The position numbers and the translations under genes are program-made. Under the pieces are notes generated by a model, which worked only from the letters and a program-made list of their open reading frames with translations, was not told the origin of the DNA and ran no database searches. Below, one piece after another: positions 42,821-52,110 of a stretch of 64,000 nucleotides of DNA. This DNA is from an uncultured Candidatus Rokubacteria bacterium (lineage in GTDB: Bacteria > Methylomirabilota > Methylomirabilia > Rokubacteriales > CSP1-6), in contig CAVYTA010000005.1 of the NCBI GenBank assembly GCA_963771355.1, positions 640,001 to 704,000 on the forward strand. Direction: 5' to 3'. How positions within the stretch are numbered: position 1 is the first letter of the stretch; each line of letters begins with the position of its first letter.

Positions 42821-44074
42821 ATGACGTCACTCACCAGGCAGTGCATGCGGATGCTCGCGGTCGCGGCGATCGCCGTGACGGTGGGGGGCACCGCCGACGC
42901 CCAGCAGGTGGTCAAGATCGGCCTGCTCGCCACCCTGGAAGGCCCCTTCGCGGCGGGCGGCCAGGACGGCATGCGGGGCGCGGAGCTGGCGGTGAAGCAG
43001 CGCTACGGCACGGTCGCGGGCAAGAAGATCGAGATCATCAAGGCCTCGTCGGACGCGAAGCCCGACGTGGCCGTCAACGCGACCCGGAAGCTCGTGGAGC
43101 AAGACAAGGTCGACATCATGGTCGGCCCCCTCTCCGGCTCCGAGGGCATCGCGGTGAAGAACTACTCGAAGTCGCAGCCGAACATCACCTTCATCAACGG
43201 CTCGTCGGGCGCGCAGGCCACCACGCTCCAGGATCCGTCGCCCAACTTCTTCCGCTTCAATACCGAAGGGGCGCAGTGGATGGTGGGCCTGGGCGAGTAC
43301 GCCTTCAAGGACAAGGGATACAAGAAGATGGCCCTGATCGCCGAGGACTACGCCTTCCCGTATTCCCAGGTGCAGGGCTTCATGACCGAGTACTGCAAGG
43401 CGGGCGGCCGCGTCACCCACAAGGCCTGGGTCCCGCTCGGCGGCAAAGACTACTCGTCCGTGATCGCCAAGCTGCCGGGCGACGTCGACGCGCTCCTGGT
43501 GGTGCTGGGCGGCGCGGACGCGGTGAACTTCCTCACCCAGTACGAGCAGGCGGGCGGCAACAAGCCCATGGTGGGCGGCTCCATCACCGTCGACCAGACC
43601 GTGCTCAACTTCAAGGGCAAGCGGCGCGAGTCGCTCCTCGGCACGCCGTCGGCGGGCCCCATCGCCGACAGCTACGAGGGCGGCGAGTGGAAGAATTTCG
43701 TGGCCGACTACAAGGCGAACTTCAAGGACGGCTTCCCCAGCCCGTCGCTCTTCGCCTACGTCTACTACATCAACATGAAGGCGGCGCTGGACGGTCTCGA
43801 CGCGGTCAAGGGCGACCTCTCCGGCGGCCAGGCGAAGTATCGCGAGGCCCTCAAGAACCTCAAGCTCCAGACGCCGACGGGTGTCGTGACCCTGGACGAA
43901 AACCGCCAGGCCATCGGCACCACCTTCGTCACCGAGGTGGCCAAGGGCGCCGACGGCGTCTACTACAACAAGGTCGTGAAGGTGGTGCCGAACGTCAATC
44001 AGCGGCTGGGCATGTCCAAGGCCGACTTCGACAAGATCGGGCTCGGCTCCCGGGACGTCCCGAACTGCCCGTAA
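42821..44074 (+). CDS. Liv-family ABC substrate-binding protein
   Basis: AAGGAG RBS; signal peptide (ADA-Q); KIGLLATLEGPFA, GPLSG, EDYAF. Confidence 0.9.
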   Translation: MTSLTRQCMRMLAVAAIAVTVGGTADAQQVVKIGLLATLEGPFAAGGQDGMRGAELAVKQRYGTVAGKKIEIIKASSDAKPDVAVNATRKLVEQDKVDIMVGPLSGSEGIAVKNYSKSQPNITFINGSSGAQATTLQDPSPNFFRFNTEGAQWMVGLGEYAFKDKGYKKMALIAEDYAFPYSQVQGFMTEYCKAGGRVTHKAWVPLGGKDYSSVIAKLPGDVDALLVVLGGADAVNFLTQYEQAGGNKPMVGGSITVDQTVLNFKGKRRESLLGTPSAGPIADSYEGGEWKNFVADYKANFKDGFPSPSLFAYVYYINMKAALDGLDAVKGDLSGGQAKYREALKNLKLQTPTGVVTLDENRQAIGTTFVTEVAKGADGVYYNKVVKVVPNVNQRLGMSKADFDKIGLGSRDVPNCP

Positions 44075-44081
44075 CTCGAGC

Positions 44082-44111
44082 GCGGGGGTGAGGCTCAGGC
44101 CTCACCCCCGC
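44082..44111 (+). repeat. GC-rich stem-loop after the SBP gene (possible mRNA stabiliser or attenuator)
   Basis: GCGGGGGTGAGGC-tcag-GCCTCACCCCCGC; no U-tract. Confidence 0.6.
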
Positions 44112-44117
44112 TTCGCC

Positions 44118-44912
44118 ATGGCATCCATCACCGAGCTACGTCGCGAGCACCAGACGCCGATCGCGTCGGGGGACGCTCTCGTCCTGGAGGGCGTCACCCG
44201 CACGTTCGGCGCGCTCAAGGCCATCGAGGACGTGTCGCTCTCCGTCGCCGCGGGCGAGCGCCGCGCCCTGATCGGGGCCAACGGCGCCGGCAAGACCACG
44301 CTCTTCAACGCCGTGACCGGCGACTTCCCGCCCACCGCGGGCACGGTGCGCTTCTTCGGCGAGGACGTCACCGCGCTGGCCCCGCACGAGCGGATCCGCA
44401 TGGGCCTGCGCCGCACCTACCAGTCCTCGCTCCTCTGCCGCGAGCTCACGGTCGCCGAGAATCTCTTTCTCTCGGTGCGGGGGGTGGCCCGTGGCCGCTT
44501 CGGCCTGCTGCGCCCACGGCCGTCGCACCCGTCCCGCGCCGCCACCCGGGATCTCCTCGACCGCGTGCGCCTGGGCGCGGTCGCTGACCAGCCGGTCGCC
44601 TCGCTCTCCCACGGCCAGCAGCGCCAGCTCGAGATCGGGATGGCGCTGGCAGGGGCGCCGCGCCTCATCCTCTTCGACGAGCCCGCGGCGGGACTGTCCC
44701 CCGGGGAGCGGCGGGAGCTGGTGGCGCTGCTCACCGCGCTGCCGCCCCACATGGGCTACATCATCATCGAGCATGACCTCGACGTCGCCTTGCGGGTCGT
44801 CGAGCGCGTCACCGTGATGCACAACGGGCACGTGCTCAAGCACGGCACGCCCGACGAGATCGCGGGCGACGCCGAGGTGCAGGCCATCTACATCGGCGGG
44901 GGACGCCACTGA
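44118..44912 (+). CDS. Liv-family ABC ATP-binding protein (LivG-like)
   Basis: [27 protein letters not shown]. Confidence 0.9.
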   Translation: MASITELRREHQTPIASGDALVLEGVTRTFGALKAIEDVSLSVAAGERRALIGANGAGKTTLFNAVTGDFPPTAGTVRFFGEDVTALAPHERIRMGLRRTYQSSLLCRELTVAENLFLSVRGVARGRFGLLRPRPSHPSRAATRDLLDRVRLGAVADQPVASLSHGQQRQLEIGMALAGAPRLILFDEPAAGLSPGERRELVALLTALPPHMGYIIIEHDLDVALRVVERVTVMHNGHVLKHGTPDEIAGDAEVQAIYIGGGRH

Positions 44913-47206
44913 TGGCCTGGTTCTCGCGCGGGCGGACGCGGCGGACCGCGCGTCCGGTCCTCCAGGTGGAGCGACTCGACGTCCACTACGGCCGCGCCCA
45001 TGCGCTCCAGGAAGTATCGCTCACCCTGGACCACGGCGTGATCGCGGTGGTCGGCCGCAACGGCATGGGCAAGACCACGCTCTGCAACGCCATCACCGGG
45101 CTCGTGCCCGCCGCCGGCAGCGTGCGGCTCGCCGGCGAGGAGATCCTCGGCCTGCCCCCCCACGTCATCACCGAGCGGGGTGTCGGCTACGTGCCGCAGG
45201 GCCGTCGGGTCTGGCCGTCGCTCAGCGTCGACGAGCATCTCCGTCTCGCCGCGGGCGGCCAGGAGGGGCCGTGGACGGTGGCCCGCGTCTACCAGATCTT
45301 CCCGCGCCTGGCCGAGCGGCGGCGCAACGGCGGGGCAGAGCTGTCCGGGGGCGAGCAGCAGATGCTGGCCATCGCGCGCGCGCTCCTCTTCAATCCTATG
45401 CTCCTGGTGATGGACGAGCCCACCGAGGGCCTGGCCCCGGTGATCGTCCAGCAAGTTGCGGACATGCTGAAGCACCTGGCGGGGGATGGCGAGATCTCGG
45501 TGCTGCTCATCGAGCAGAACCTGGGCGTGGCCATCGACGTGGCCGACACCGTCGACGTCATGGTCAACGGACGTATCGCGCGCTCCATGCCGGCGGCCGA
45601 GCTGGCGGCCGACCGTGCGCTCCAGCAGCAGCTCCTCGGCGTGAACTCCGGAACCGACGATGCGCCGGATGAGACGCCCGCGCTTGCGGACGGCGCCTTT
45701 CCACCGCGCGCGGAGACGGACGAGGTGCGGGTCTACACCGTGCGGCGCTCCGCCGACGACACGCCGGCGGGAGAGGCCGCCGCTGCTCCCGCTGAACGGG
45801 CGGTCCGCGGCTTCACCCGCTGGAACTCGGCCGACGCGCTGGGGGCGCCGCGCGACCGCTTGCTGGAGGGGCGGTCCGACACCATGACCCCGCCGCCGTC
45901 GCTGACCGATGCCGCCGCCACCCTGGCCGCCAGCGGGCGCGAGGCACGAGTCATCGAGTTCCCGGTGGCCGCCACCATCGGCCGCGCCGCCTACATCGCG
46001 GGGACCTTCGACACCAAGGGTCGCGAGCTCTTCTTCCTGCGCAATTGCCTCGAGAAGCTGGGCATGCGCACGGTGACGGTGGATCTGGCCACCTCGGGCA
46101 AGCCGTCTCCCGCGATGATCAATCCCCGGGAAGTCGCGCGACATCACCCCCGGGGCGAGCGGGCCGTGTTCACGGGGGATCGGGGCACCGCGGTGAGCGA
46201 GATGGCGGTGGCCTTCGAGCACTTCGTGGTCCGGCGCCGCGACCTCGGCGGCCTCATCTCCGCGGGCGGCTCGGGCGGCACCGCGCTGGCCACCCCGGCC
46301 ATGCGCCGGCTGCCCATCGGCGTGCCCAAGCTGATGGTCTCCTCGGTGGCCTCCGGCGACGTGCGGCCCTACGTGGGCCCCTCCGACCTCTGCATGATGT
46401 ACTCCGTCACCGACGTCGCCGGCATCAACCGGATCTCCGAGCGGGTGCTCGCCAATGCCGCCCACGCGCTGGCCGGGATGATCGCGTACGCGCGCCCCTC
46501 CGACGCGCCGTCCGACGCCAAGCCGGCGATCGGGCTCACCATGTTCGGCGTCACCACGCCCTGCGTGCAGGCGGTGACCCGGGCCCTCGAGGAGCGTTAT
46601 GACTGCCTCATCTTCCACGCCACCGGCACCGGCGGGCAGTCGATGGAGAAGCTCGTCGACTCGGGGCTCCTCGCCGGAGTGATCGACGTCACCACCACCG
46701 AGATCGCCGACGAGATCGTGGGCGGCGTGCTCTCGGCCGGGCCCGGCCGTCTCGACGCCATCGCCCGCGCCCGCGTGCCCTACGTCGGCTCGTGCGGCGC
46801 GCTCGACATGGTGAACTTCTGGGCCATGGACACCGTGCCCGCGCAATTCCGCGCGCGGAACCTCTACCGGCACAATGCGAACGTGACCCTGATGCGCACC
46901 ACTCCCGAGGAGTGCGCGCGCATCGGCCGGTTCATCGCCGACAAGCTCAACCGCATGGAGGGACCGGTGCGCTTCCTCATCCCCGGCGGCGGCGTCTCCC
47001 TCATCGACGCGCCCGGCCAGCCCTTCTGGGATCCCGCCGCCGACACGGCGCTCTTCGACGCCATCACCTCCGGCGTGCGCGCGACGTCGAGCCGCCAGAT
47101 CATCCGGCTGCCGCACAACGTGAACGATCCGGAGTTCGTGGACGCCCTGGTGGCGGCGTTCGGCGAGGTCTCCCGCGAGCCGGTGGCGGCGGCGGGGGCG
47201 AGGTAG
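44912..47206 (+). CDS. LivF-like ABC ATPase fused to a Tm-1-like (UPF0261) domain
   Basis: N-terminal [24 protein letters not shown]; low-complexity linker; C-terminal [65 protein letters not shown]. Confidence 0.88.
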   Translation: MAWFSRGRTRRTARPVLQVERLDVHYGRAHALQEVSLTLDHGVIAVVGRNGMGKTTLCNAITGLVPAAGSVRLAGEEILGLPPHVITERGVGYVPQGRRVWPSLSVDEHLRLAAGGQEGPWTVARVYQIFPRLAERRRNGGAELSGGEQQMLAIARALLFNPMLLVMDEPTEGLAPVIVQQVADMLKHLAGDGEISVLLIEQNLGVAIDVADTVDVMVNGRIARSMPAAELAADRALQQQLLGVNSGTDDAPDETPALADGAFPPRAETDEVRVYTVRRSADDTPAGEAAAAPAERAVRGFTRWNSADALGAPRDRLLEGRSDTMTPPPSLTDAAATLAASGREARVIEFPVAATIGRAAYIAGTFDTKGRELFFLRNCLEKLGMRTVTVDLATSGKPSPAMINPREVARHHPRGERAVFTGDRGTAVSEMAVAFEHFVVRRRDLGGLISAGGSGGTALATPAMRRLPIGVPKLMVSSVASGDVRPYVGPSDLCMMYSVTDVAGINRISERVLANAAHALAGMIAYARPSDAPSDAKPAIGLTMFGVTTPCVQAVTRALEERYDCLIFHATGTGGQSMEKLVDSGLLAGVIDVTTTEIADEIVGGVLSAGPGRLDAIARARVPYVGSCGALDMVNFWAMDTVPAQFRARNLYRHNANVTLMRTTPEECARIGRFIADKLNRMEGPVRFLIPGGGVSLIDAPGQPFWDPAADTALFDAITSGVRATSSRQIIRLPHNVNDPEFVDALVAAFGEVSREPVAAAGAR

Positions 47207-47210
47207 AGCC

Positions 47211-48041
47211 ATGGCGCGCATTCCCCGCCAGGACATTCTCAAGCGCTTCCGCGGCATGATCCGCCGCCGCGAGCCCATCATCGGCGGCGGGGCGGGCACG
47301 GGCCTCTCCGCCAAGTGCGAGGAGGCCGGCGGCATCGACCTCATCGTCATCTACAACTCCGGCCGCTATCGCATGGCCGGCCGCGGCTCGCTCGCCGGCC
47401 TCATGGCGTACGGCAATGCCAACGACATCGTACTGGACATGGCCCGGGAGGTGCTGCCGGTGGTCAAGCGCACCCCGGTGCTCGCGGGGGTCAACGGGAC
47501 CGACCCCTTCATGATCACCGAGGACTTCCTGCCGCGGCTGGCCGCGCTGGGCTTCTCGGGGGTCCAGAACTTCCCCACCGTGGGCCTCTTCGACGGCACC
47601 ATCCGCGCCCAGCTCGAGGAGACGGGCATGGGCTACGGTCTCGAGGTCGAGATGATCCGCGCCGCCCACGCCCTCGACCTCCTCACCACGCCCTATGTCT
47701 TCTCGGAGGAGAGCGCGGCGGACATGGCCAAGGCGGGCGCGGACATCGTGGTCTGTCACCTCGGGCTCACCACCGGCGGCGCCATCGGCGCGGAGACCGC
47801 GCTCACCCTGAAGGACTGCGTGGGACGCATCGACGCGTGGGCGGAGGCCGCCCGCGTGGTGAATCCCGACGTGATCGTGCTCTGCCACGGCGGGCCCATC
47901 GCCCGTCCGGCCGACGCGCGTTACATCCTCCGGCACTGCCGGCGGTGCCACGGCTTCTACGGCGCCTCCAGCATGGAGCGGCTGCCCACCGAGGCGGCTC
48001 TGACGGAGACGACCCGAAAGTTCAAGCGCATCCGGCGCTAA
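47211..48041 (+). CDS. PEP-hydrolase-like TIM-barrel protein (Tm-1 C-terminal homologue)
   Basis: [65 protein letters not shown]. Confidence 0.9.
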   Translation: MARIPRQDILKRFRGMIRRREPIIGGGAGTGLSAKCEEAGGIDLIVIYNSGRYRMAGRGSLAGLMAYGNANDIVLDMAREVLPVVKRTPVLAGVNGTDPFMITEDFLPRLAALGFSGVQNFPTVGLFDGTIRAQLEETGMGYGLEVEMIRAAHALDLLTTPYVFSEESAADMAKAGADIVVCHLGLTTGGAIGAETALTLKDCVGRIDAWAEAARVVNPDVIVLCHGGPIARPADARYILRHCRRCHGFYGASSMERLPTEAALTETTRKFKRIRR

Positions 48042-48102
48042 AGGAAGGAACCCACAGCGATGACAACCAGAGAACACCGTCTGAAGAAGGTGGTGGGGGG
48101 GA

Positions 48103-48133
48103 ATGGGGGAGGAGCGGCGCCGCTCCCCCCCAT
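48103..48133. repeat. REP-like hairpin
   Basis: ATGGGGG-A-GGAGCGG / CCGCTCCCCCCCAT arms with one bulged A. Confidence 0.55.
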
Positions 48134-48151
48134 CTCCAAAGGAGGCCTGTC

Positions 48152-49858
48152 ATGACCGGAGCACAGTTCGGCGCGGTGATCCTCGGGCTGATCGCGGTGG
48201 CCGTGGTGGTGGCGGTCATCGTGTGGCTGATGAACTGGCTGTACCTGCGCTCATCCAAGGAGCGCGCCTTCGTGCGCACCGGGCTGGGCGGCCAGAAGGT
48301 GGTCATGAACGGCGGCGCGTTCGTATTGCCCATCGTTCATGAAGTCGTGCCGGTCAACATGAACACCCTGCGGCTCGAAGTGTCGCGCGGCCGGGACAAG
48401 GCGCTCATCACCAAGGACCGCATGCGGGTGGACGTGGTCTCCGAGTTCTACGTGCGCGTCCAGGCGGGGGTGAACGCCATCGCCTCGGCCGCCCAGACCC
48501 TGGGTCAGCGGACGCTGGAGCCGGAGACGCTCAAGGAGCTGGTCGAGGGCAAGTTCGTGGACGCCCTTCGTACCGTCGCCGCGGAGATGACCATGGAGGA
48601 GATGCACGAGAAGCGCGGGGAATACGTCAAGCGGGTGAAGGCGGTGGTGGCGGGCGACCTCCTGCAGAACGGGCTGGAGCTGGAGGCGGTGTCGCTCACC
48701 CAGTTCGACCAGACGGGCATGGAGTTCTTCAATCCCTCGAACGCCTTCGACGCGGAAGGCCTCACGCGGCTCACCGACCAGATCGAGCGTCGGAAGAAGA
48801 TCCGCAACGACATCGAGCAGGACACCATGATCCAGGTCCGGAACAAGAACCTGGAGACCGAGCGCCAGGCCCTGGACATCGACCGCGAGCTGGAGTACGC
48901 GCGGCTGGCCCAGGAGCGTGAGCTCGAGGTGCAGCGCGCCACCCAGCGGTCCGACGTGGCGCGGCAGCGGGCGGACCGGGAGCAGGAGGCCGAGCGCGCG
49001 CAGATCTCCGCCCGGGAGGCGGTGGACCGCGCCCGCATCGCCGCGGAGCGTTCGGTCGAGGAAGACCGCATCACCCGGGAGCGCGAGGTGCAACAGCTCG
49101 AGATCGCGCGGCGGCAGGCCATCGAGCTGGCGGAGCAGCATCGCGCCATCGCGGTGGCCGAGCAGTCCAAGGCCCAGTCGGAGGCGCAGGGCGCCGCGGA
49201 CTTCGCCCGGGCCAAGGCGGTGGCGGAGGAGGAGCGCGTCTTCACCACGCGTGAGACGGAGATGGCGGAGCGCCGCAAGCGCATCGACCTGATCGGCGCC
49301 GAGCAAGAGGCGGAGCGCCACGCGCTCCGGGTTCGGATCGGGGCCGAGGCGGAACGGGCCGCCGCGGGCGACCGGGGCGCGGCGGTGCGCGCCGAAGCCG
49401 AGGCCCATGCCGATGCGGAGAAGGTGAGGGCCCTGGCCTCCCGCATCCGGAACGAGGTGGAGGCGGAAGGGCTGCGGCTCATGAACGAGGCCGCCAATAT
49501 CTTGACGCCGGAAGCGCGCCTCTCCGCGATGCGCATCCGGCTCATCGACAAGCTCGAGGGCATCGTGCGCGAGTCGGTGAAGCCCATGGAACGGATCGAG
49601 GGCATCAAGATCCTCCAGGTGGACGGGCTCGGCGGCGGGGGCGGAGGGCGCGGCGACGGGCGCGAAGGGGCAGGTCTCGCCGACAGCGTGGTCAACTCGG
49701 CCCTCCGCTTCCGGGCCCAGGCTCCGCTGGTGGACCAGCTCCTGCGCGAGATCGGCGTGGATGCCGGCGACGTGGGCAAGGCCGCCCGCGGCCTCCTCGA
49801 CCGCAGCCAGACCGCGCTCCCCACCACCCCCGCCCCAAACGGCCCCACCGAAGAATAA
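48152..49858 (+). CDS. Flotillin/SPFH-domain protein (YqiK-like)
   Basis: AAGGAGG RBS; N-terminal TM; AFVRTGLGG, LITKDRMRVDV, GKFVDALR, NAFDAEG; Ala/Glu coiled coil; SVKPMERIEGIKILQ. Confidence 0.9.
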   Translation: MTGAQFGAVILGLIAVAVVVAVIVWLMNWLYLRSSKERAFVRTGLGGQKVVMNGGAFVLPIVHEVVPVNMNTLRLEVSRGRDKALITKDRMRVDVVSEFYVRVQAGVNAIASAAQTLGQRTLEPETLKELVEGKFVDALRTVAAEMTMEEMHEKRGEYVKRVKAVVAGDLLQNGLELEAVSLTQFDQTGMEFFNPSNAFDAEGLTRLTDQIERRKKIRNDIEQDTMIQVRNKNLETERQALDIDRELEYARLAQERELEVQRATQRSDVARQRADREQEAERAQISAREAVDRARIAAERSVEEDRITREREVQQLEIARRQAIELAEQHRAIAVAEQSKAQSEAQGAADFARAKAVAEEERVFTTRETEMAERRKRIDLIGAEQEAERHALRVRIGAEAERAAAGDRGAAVRAEAEAHADAEKVRALASRIRNEVEAEGLRLMNEAANILTPEARLSAMRIRLIDKLEGIVRESVKPMERIEGIKILQVDGLGGGGGGRGDGREGAGLADSVVNSALRFRAQAPLVDQLLREIGVDAGDVGKAARGLLDRSQTALPTTPAPNGPTEE

Positions 49859-49862
49859 CTGC

Positions 49863-50300
49863 ATGATCAAGGTCTACGTTTCCAGCGTCATCGAGGCGCC
49901 GGCGGACGCGGTATGGGCGCAGATTCGCGACTTCAACGGCCTGCCGAAGTGGACGCCGTTCGTGGCCGAGTCCCGCATCGAAGGGGGACTCGCCGCCGAC
50001 AAGATCGGCTGCATCCGGAACTTCCGTCTCAAGGATGGCGGCGTCATCCGCGAGCAGCTCCTGACGCTGTCCGACTACGACTTCCAGTGCACCTATTCCA
50101 TTCTCGAGAGTCCCATGGGCGTGGCGAACTACGTGGCCACGCTCAAGCTCACCCCGGTGACGGACGGCGACCGCACCTTCGCCGAGTGGTGGGCGGAGTT
50201 CGATTGCGCCCCCGAGCGGGAAGGGGAGCTCGCGCAGTCCATCGGTCAGGGCGTGTTCCAGGTGGGACTGGACGCGCTCAAGGGTCTGTTCCGGCGGTAG
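49863..50300 (+). CDS. SRPBCC/START-like (polyketide cyclase 2/MxaD-like) protein
   Basis: VIEAPADAVWAQIRDFN, GCIRNF, IREQLL, PVTDGDRTF. Confidence 0.88.
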   Translation: MIKVYVSSVIEAPADAVWAQIRDFNGLPKWTPFVAESRIEGGLAADKIGCIRNFRLKDGGVIREQLLTLSDYDFQCTYSILESPMGVANYVATLKLTPVTDGDRTFAEWWAEFDCAPEREGELAQSIGQGVFQVGLDALKGLFRR

Positions 50301-50310
50301 CCGGCGCCCC

Positions 50311-51780
50311 GTGGTCCGCGTCACCCGCTCGGCCGTGATCGACGCACCCATCGGACGCGTCTGGGCGGTGCTGCGCGACTTCAATAGCCATACCGCGTGG
50401 CATCCGGCGGTGGCCGAGTCCGAGATCGAGGGGGGCGATCCCCCGGATCAGGTGGGCTGCGTGCGCCGCTTCACCCTCCGGGACGGCCACCTCATCCGCG
50501 AGCAACTCCTGGGACTGTCCGACCAGGAGCACGTCTCCACCTACTGCATCCTCGACGCTACCCTGCCCATGCGGCGCTACGTGGCCACCGTCCAGCTCAA
50601 GCGGGTGACCGACGGCGACCGCACCTTCTGGCACTGGCAGTCCACCTTCGACGTGCCCCGCGGCCGGGAGCGGGAGTTCGAAGATCTCGTCGGCGTCGGC
50701 GTCTACGAGGGCGGCTTCGAGGGCCTGCGCGCGTATCTCCGTCGAGGAAACGATCAGCGCCGCACCGGATCGCCCGCGCATGCGTCGGGCGCATCCGGCG
50801 CTCTGCCCTCCCACGGCATCATCGTCTCCCGCTTCGGCGGCCCCGAAGTCTTGCAGCATCAACCGCTCTCCGCGCCGGCTCCCGGGCCCGGCGAGGTGCG
50901 CATTCGCCAGACCGCCGTCGGTGTCAACTACATCGACGTGTACGTGCGCGCCGGGCACTATCGCATGCTCGAGCCGCCGGCGCCCCTGGGCATGGAGGCG
51001 GCGGGCGAGGTGGTGGACGTCGGCGACGGCGTGCCGCACCTTCTGCCCGGCGACCGCGTGGCCTATGCCTGCCCCCCGCCCGGCGCCTATGTGAGCGTGC
51101 GCACCATGGCCGCCGCCCAGGTGGTGGTGCTGCCGGATCACGTCGGCGATGAGACGGCCGCCGCGGTGATGCTCAAGGGGATGACCGCCGAGTATCTGCT
51201 GCATCGGACGCATCGCGTGCGCGCGGGCGACACCGTGCTGGTGCACGCAGCCGCGGGCGGTGTCGGGCTCTTCCTGTGCCAGTGGGCACGCGCCCTGGGC
51301 GCGCAGGTGCTCGGCACGGTCTCCACCGAGGACAAGGCGCGGCGGGCGCGCGACCACGGCTGCGAGGCGCCCATCGTCACGCGGGATCACCGCTTCGCGC
51401 GCGCGGTGCGGGAGGCCACCGGCGGCCGCGGCGCCGACGTGATCTTCGACGGCCTCGGCCGCGCCGCCGCGGAGGAGAACCTGGAGGCCCTCGCCCTCTG
51501 CGGTCACTGGGTGAGCTACGGCCAGGCCACCGGGCCGCTGGAGGCGATCGCTGCCGAGCGGCTCAGCGCCAAGTCAGCGACCTTGAGCCGCCCCGTCCTC
51601 TTCCACTACACGGCCCAGCGCCCGGCGCTCGCCGAGATCGCGGACCGGGTCTTCACCGCGCTTCGCGACGGCGTGCTCCGTGTCGAGGTGCGCCATCGCT
51701 ACCCGCTCGCCGCCGCCGCGGAGGCGCACCGTGATCTCGAGGCCCGGCGAACCACGGGCCCGCTGCTGCTGCTGCCGTAG
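50311..51780 (+). CDS. SRPBCC domain fused to NADPH:quinone oxidoreductase (MDR, Qor-like)
   Basis: N-terminal IDAPIGRVWAVLRDFN...VTDGDRTF; C-terminal FGGPEVL, VGVNYID, GMEAAG, LKGMTA, HAAAGGVG, YGQATG. Confidence 0.88.
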   Translation: MVRVTRSAVIDAPIGRVWAVLRDFNSHTAWHPAVAESEIEGGDPPDQVGCVRRFTLRDGHLIREQLLGLSDQEHVSTYCILDATLPMRRYVATVQLKRVTDGDRTFWHWQSTFDVPRGREREFEDLVGVGVYEGGFEGLRAYLRRGNDQRRTGSPAHASGASGALPSHGIIVSRFGGPEVLQHQPLSAPAPGPGEVRIRQTAVGVNYIDVYVRAGHYRMLEPPAPLGMEAAGEVVDVGDGVPHLLPGDRVAYACPPPGAYVSVRTMAAAQVVVLPDHVGDETAAAVMLKGMTAEYLLHRTHRVRAGDTVLVHAAAGGVGLFLCQWARALGAQVLGTVSTEDKARRARDHGCEAPIVTRDHRFARAVREATGGRGADVIFDGLGRAAAEENLEALALCGHWVSYGQATGPLEAIAAERLSAKSATLSRPVLFHYTAQRPALAEIADRVFTALRDGVLRVEVRHRYPLAAAAEAHRDLEARRTTGPLLLLP

Positions 51781-51794
51781 CGTGTCGGCCCGCG

Positions 51795-52109
51795 CTACGG
51801 TGATCGGGTCGAGGGGCCGGGACCAGGGGCCCGTACGTCGAGCGTGTTCACGACCCGACGGACGCCCCCCACGGTCCGCGCCACGCTCTCCGCCCGCGTC
51901 TTCTGCTCGACCGACACGACGTCGCCGGTCAGGTACACCACCGACTGCCGGCTCAACACGCCGAGCCGGGTGAGGTTGGCGTCCTTCTCGGCCACGAGGC
52001 GAGCCTTCACCTCACTCTCGATCCGGGCATCCTGCCAGGGATCGACGGTGGCGCAGGCGCCGACGGCGACAACCAGACAGACGAGGAAGAGCGAGGTGCG
52101 CCGGTCCAT
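51795..52109 (-). CDS. BON-domain lipoprotein
   Basis: Lipobox-like VGAC; DARIESEVKARL, VYLTG, GVRRVVNTL. Confidence 0.85.
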   Translation of the reverse strand: MDRRTSLFLVCLVVAVGACATVDPWQDARIESEVKARLVAEKDANLTRLGVLSRQSVVYLTGDVVSVEQKTRAESVARTVGGVRRVVNTLDVRAPGPGPSTRSP

Positions 52110-52110
52110 C

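Noticed and set aside
47315..48151. N-terminal extension making flotillin 847 aa
   Set aside because: Overlaps the TIM-barrel gene out of frame; the strong RBS and TM start are at 48152. Same logic applied to the extended ORFs for mdh, sdhA, sdhB, the CoA ligase, LivM and M48.
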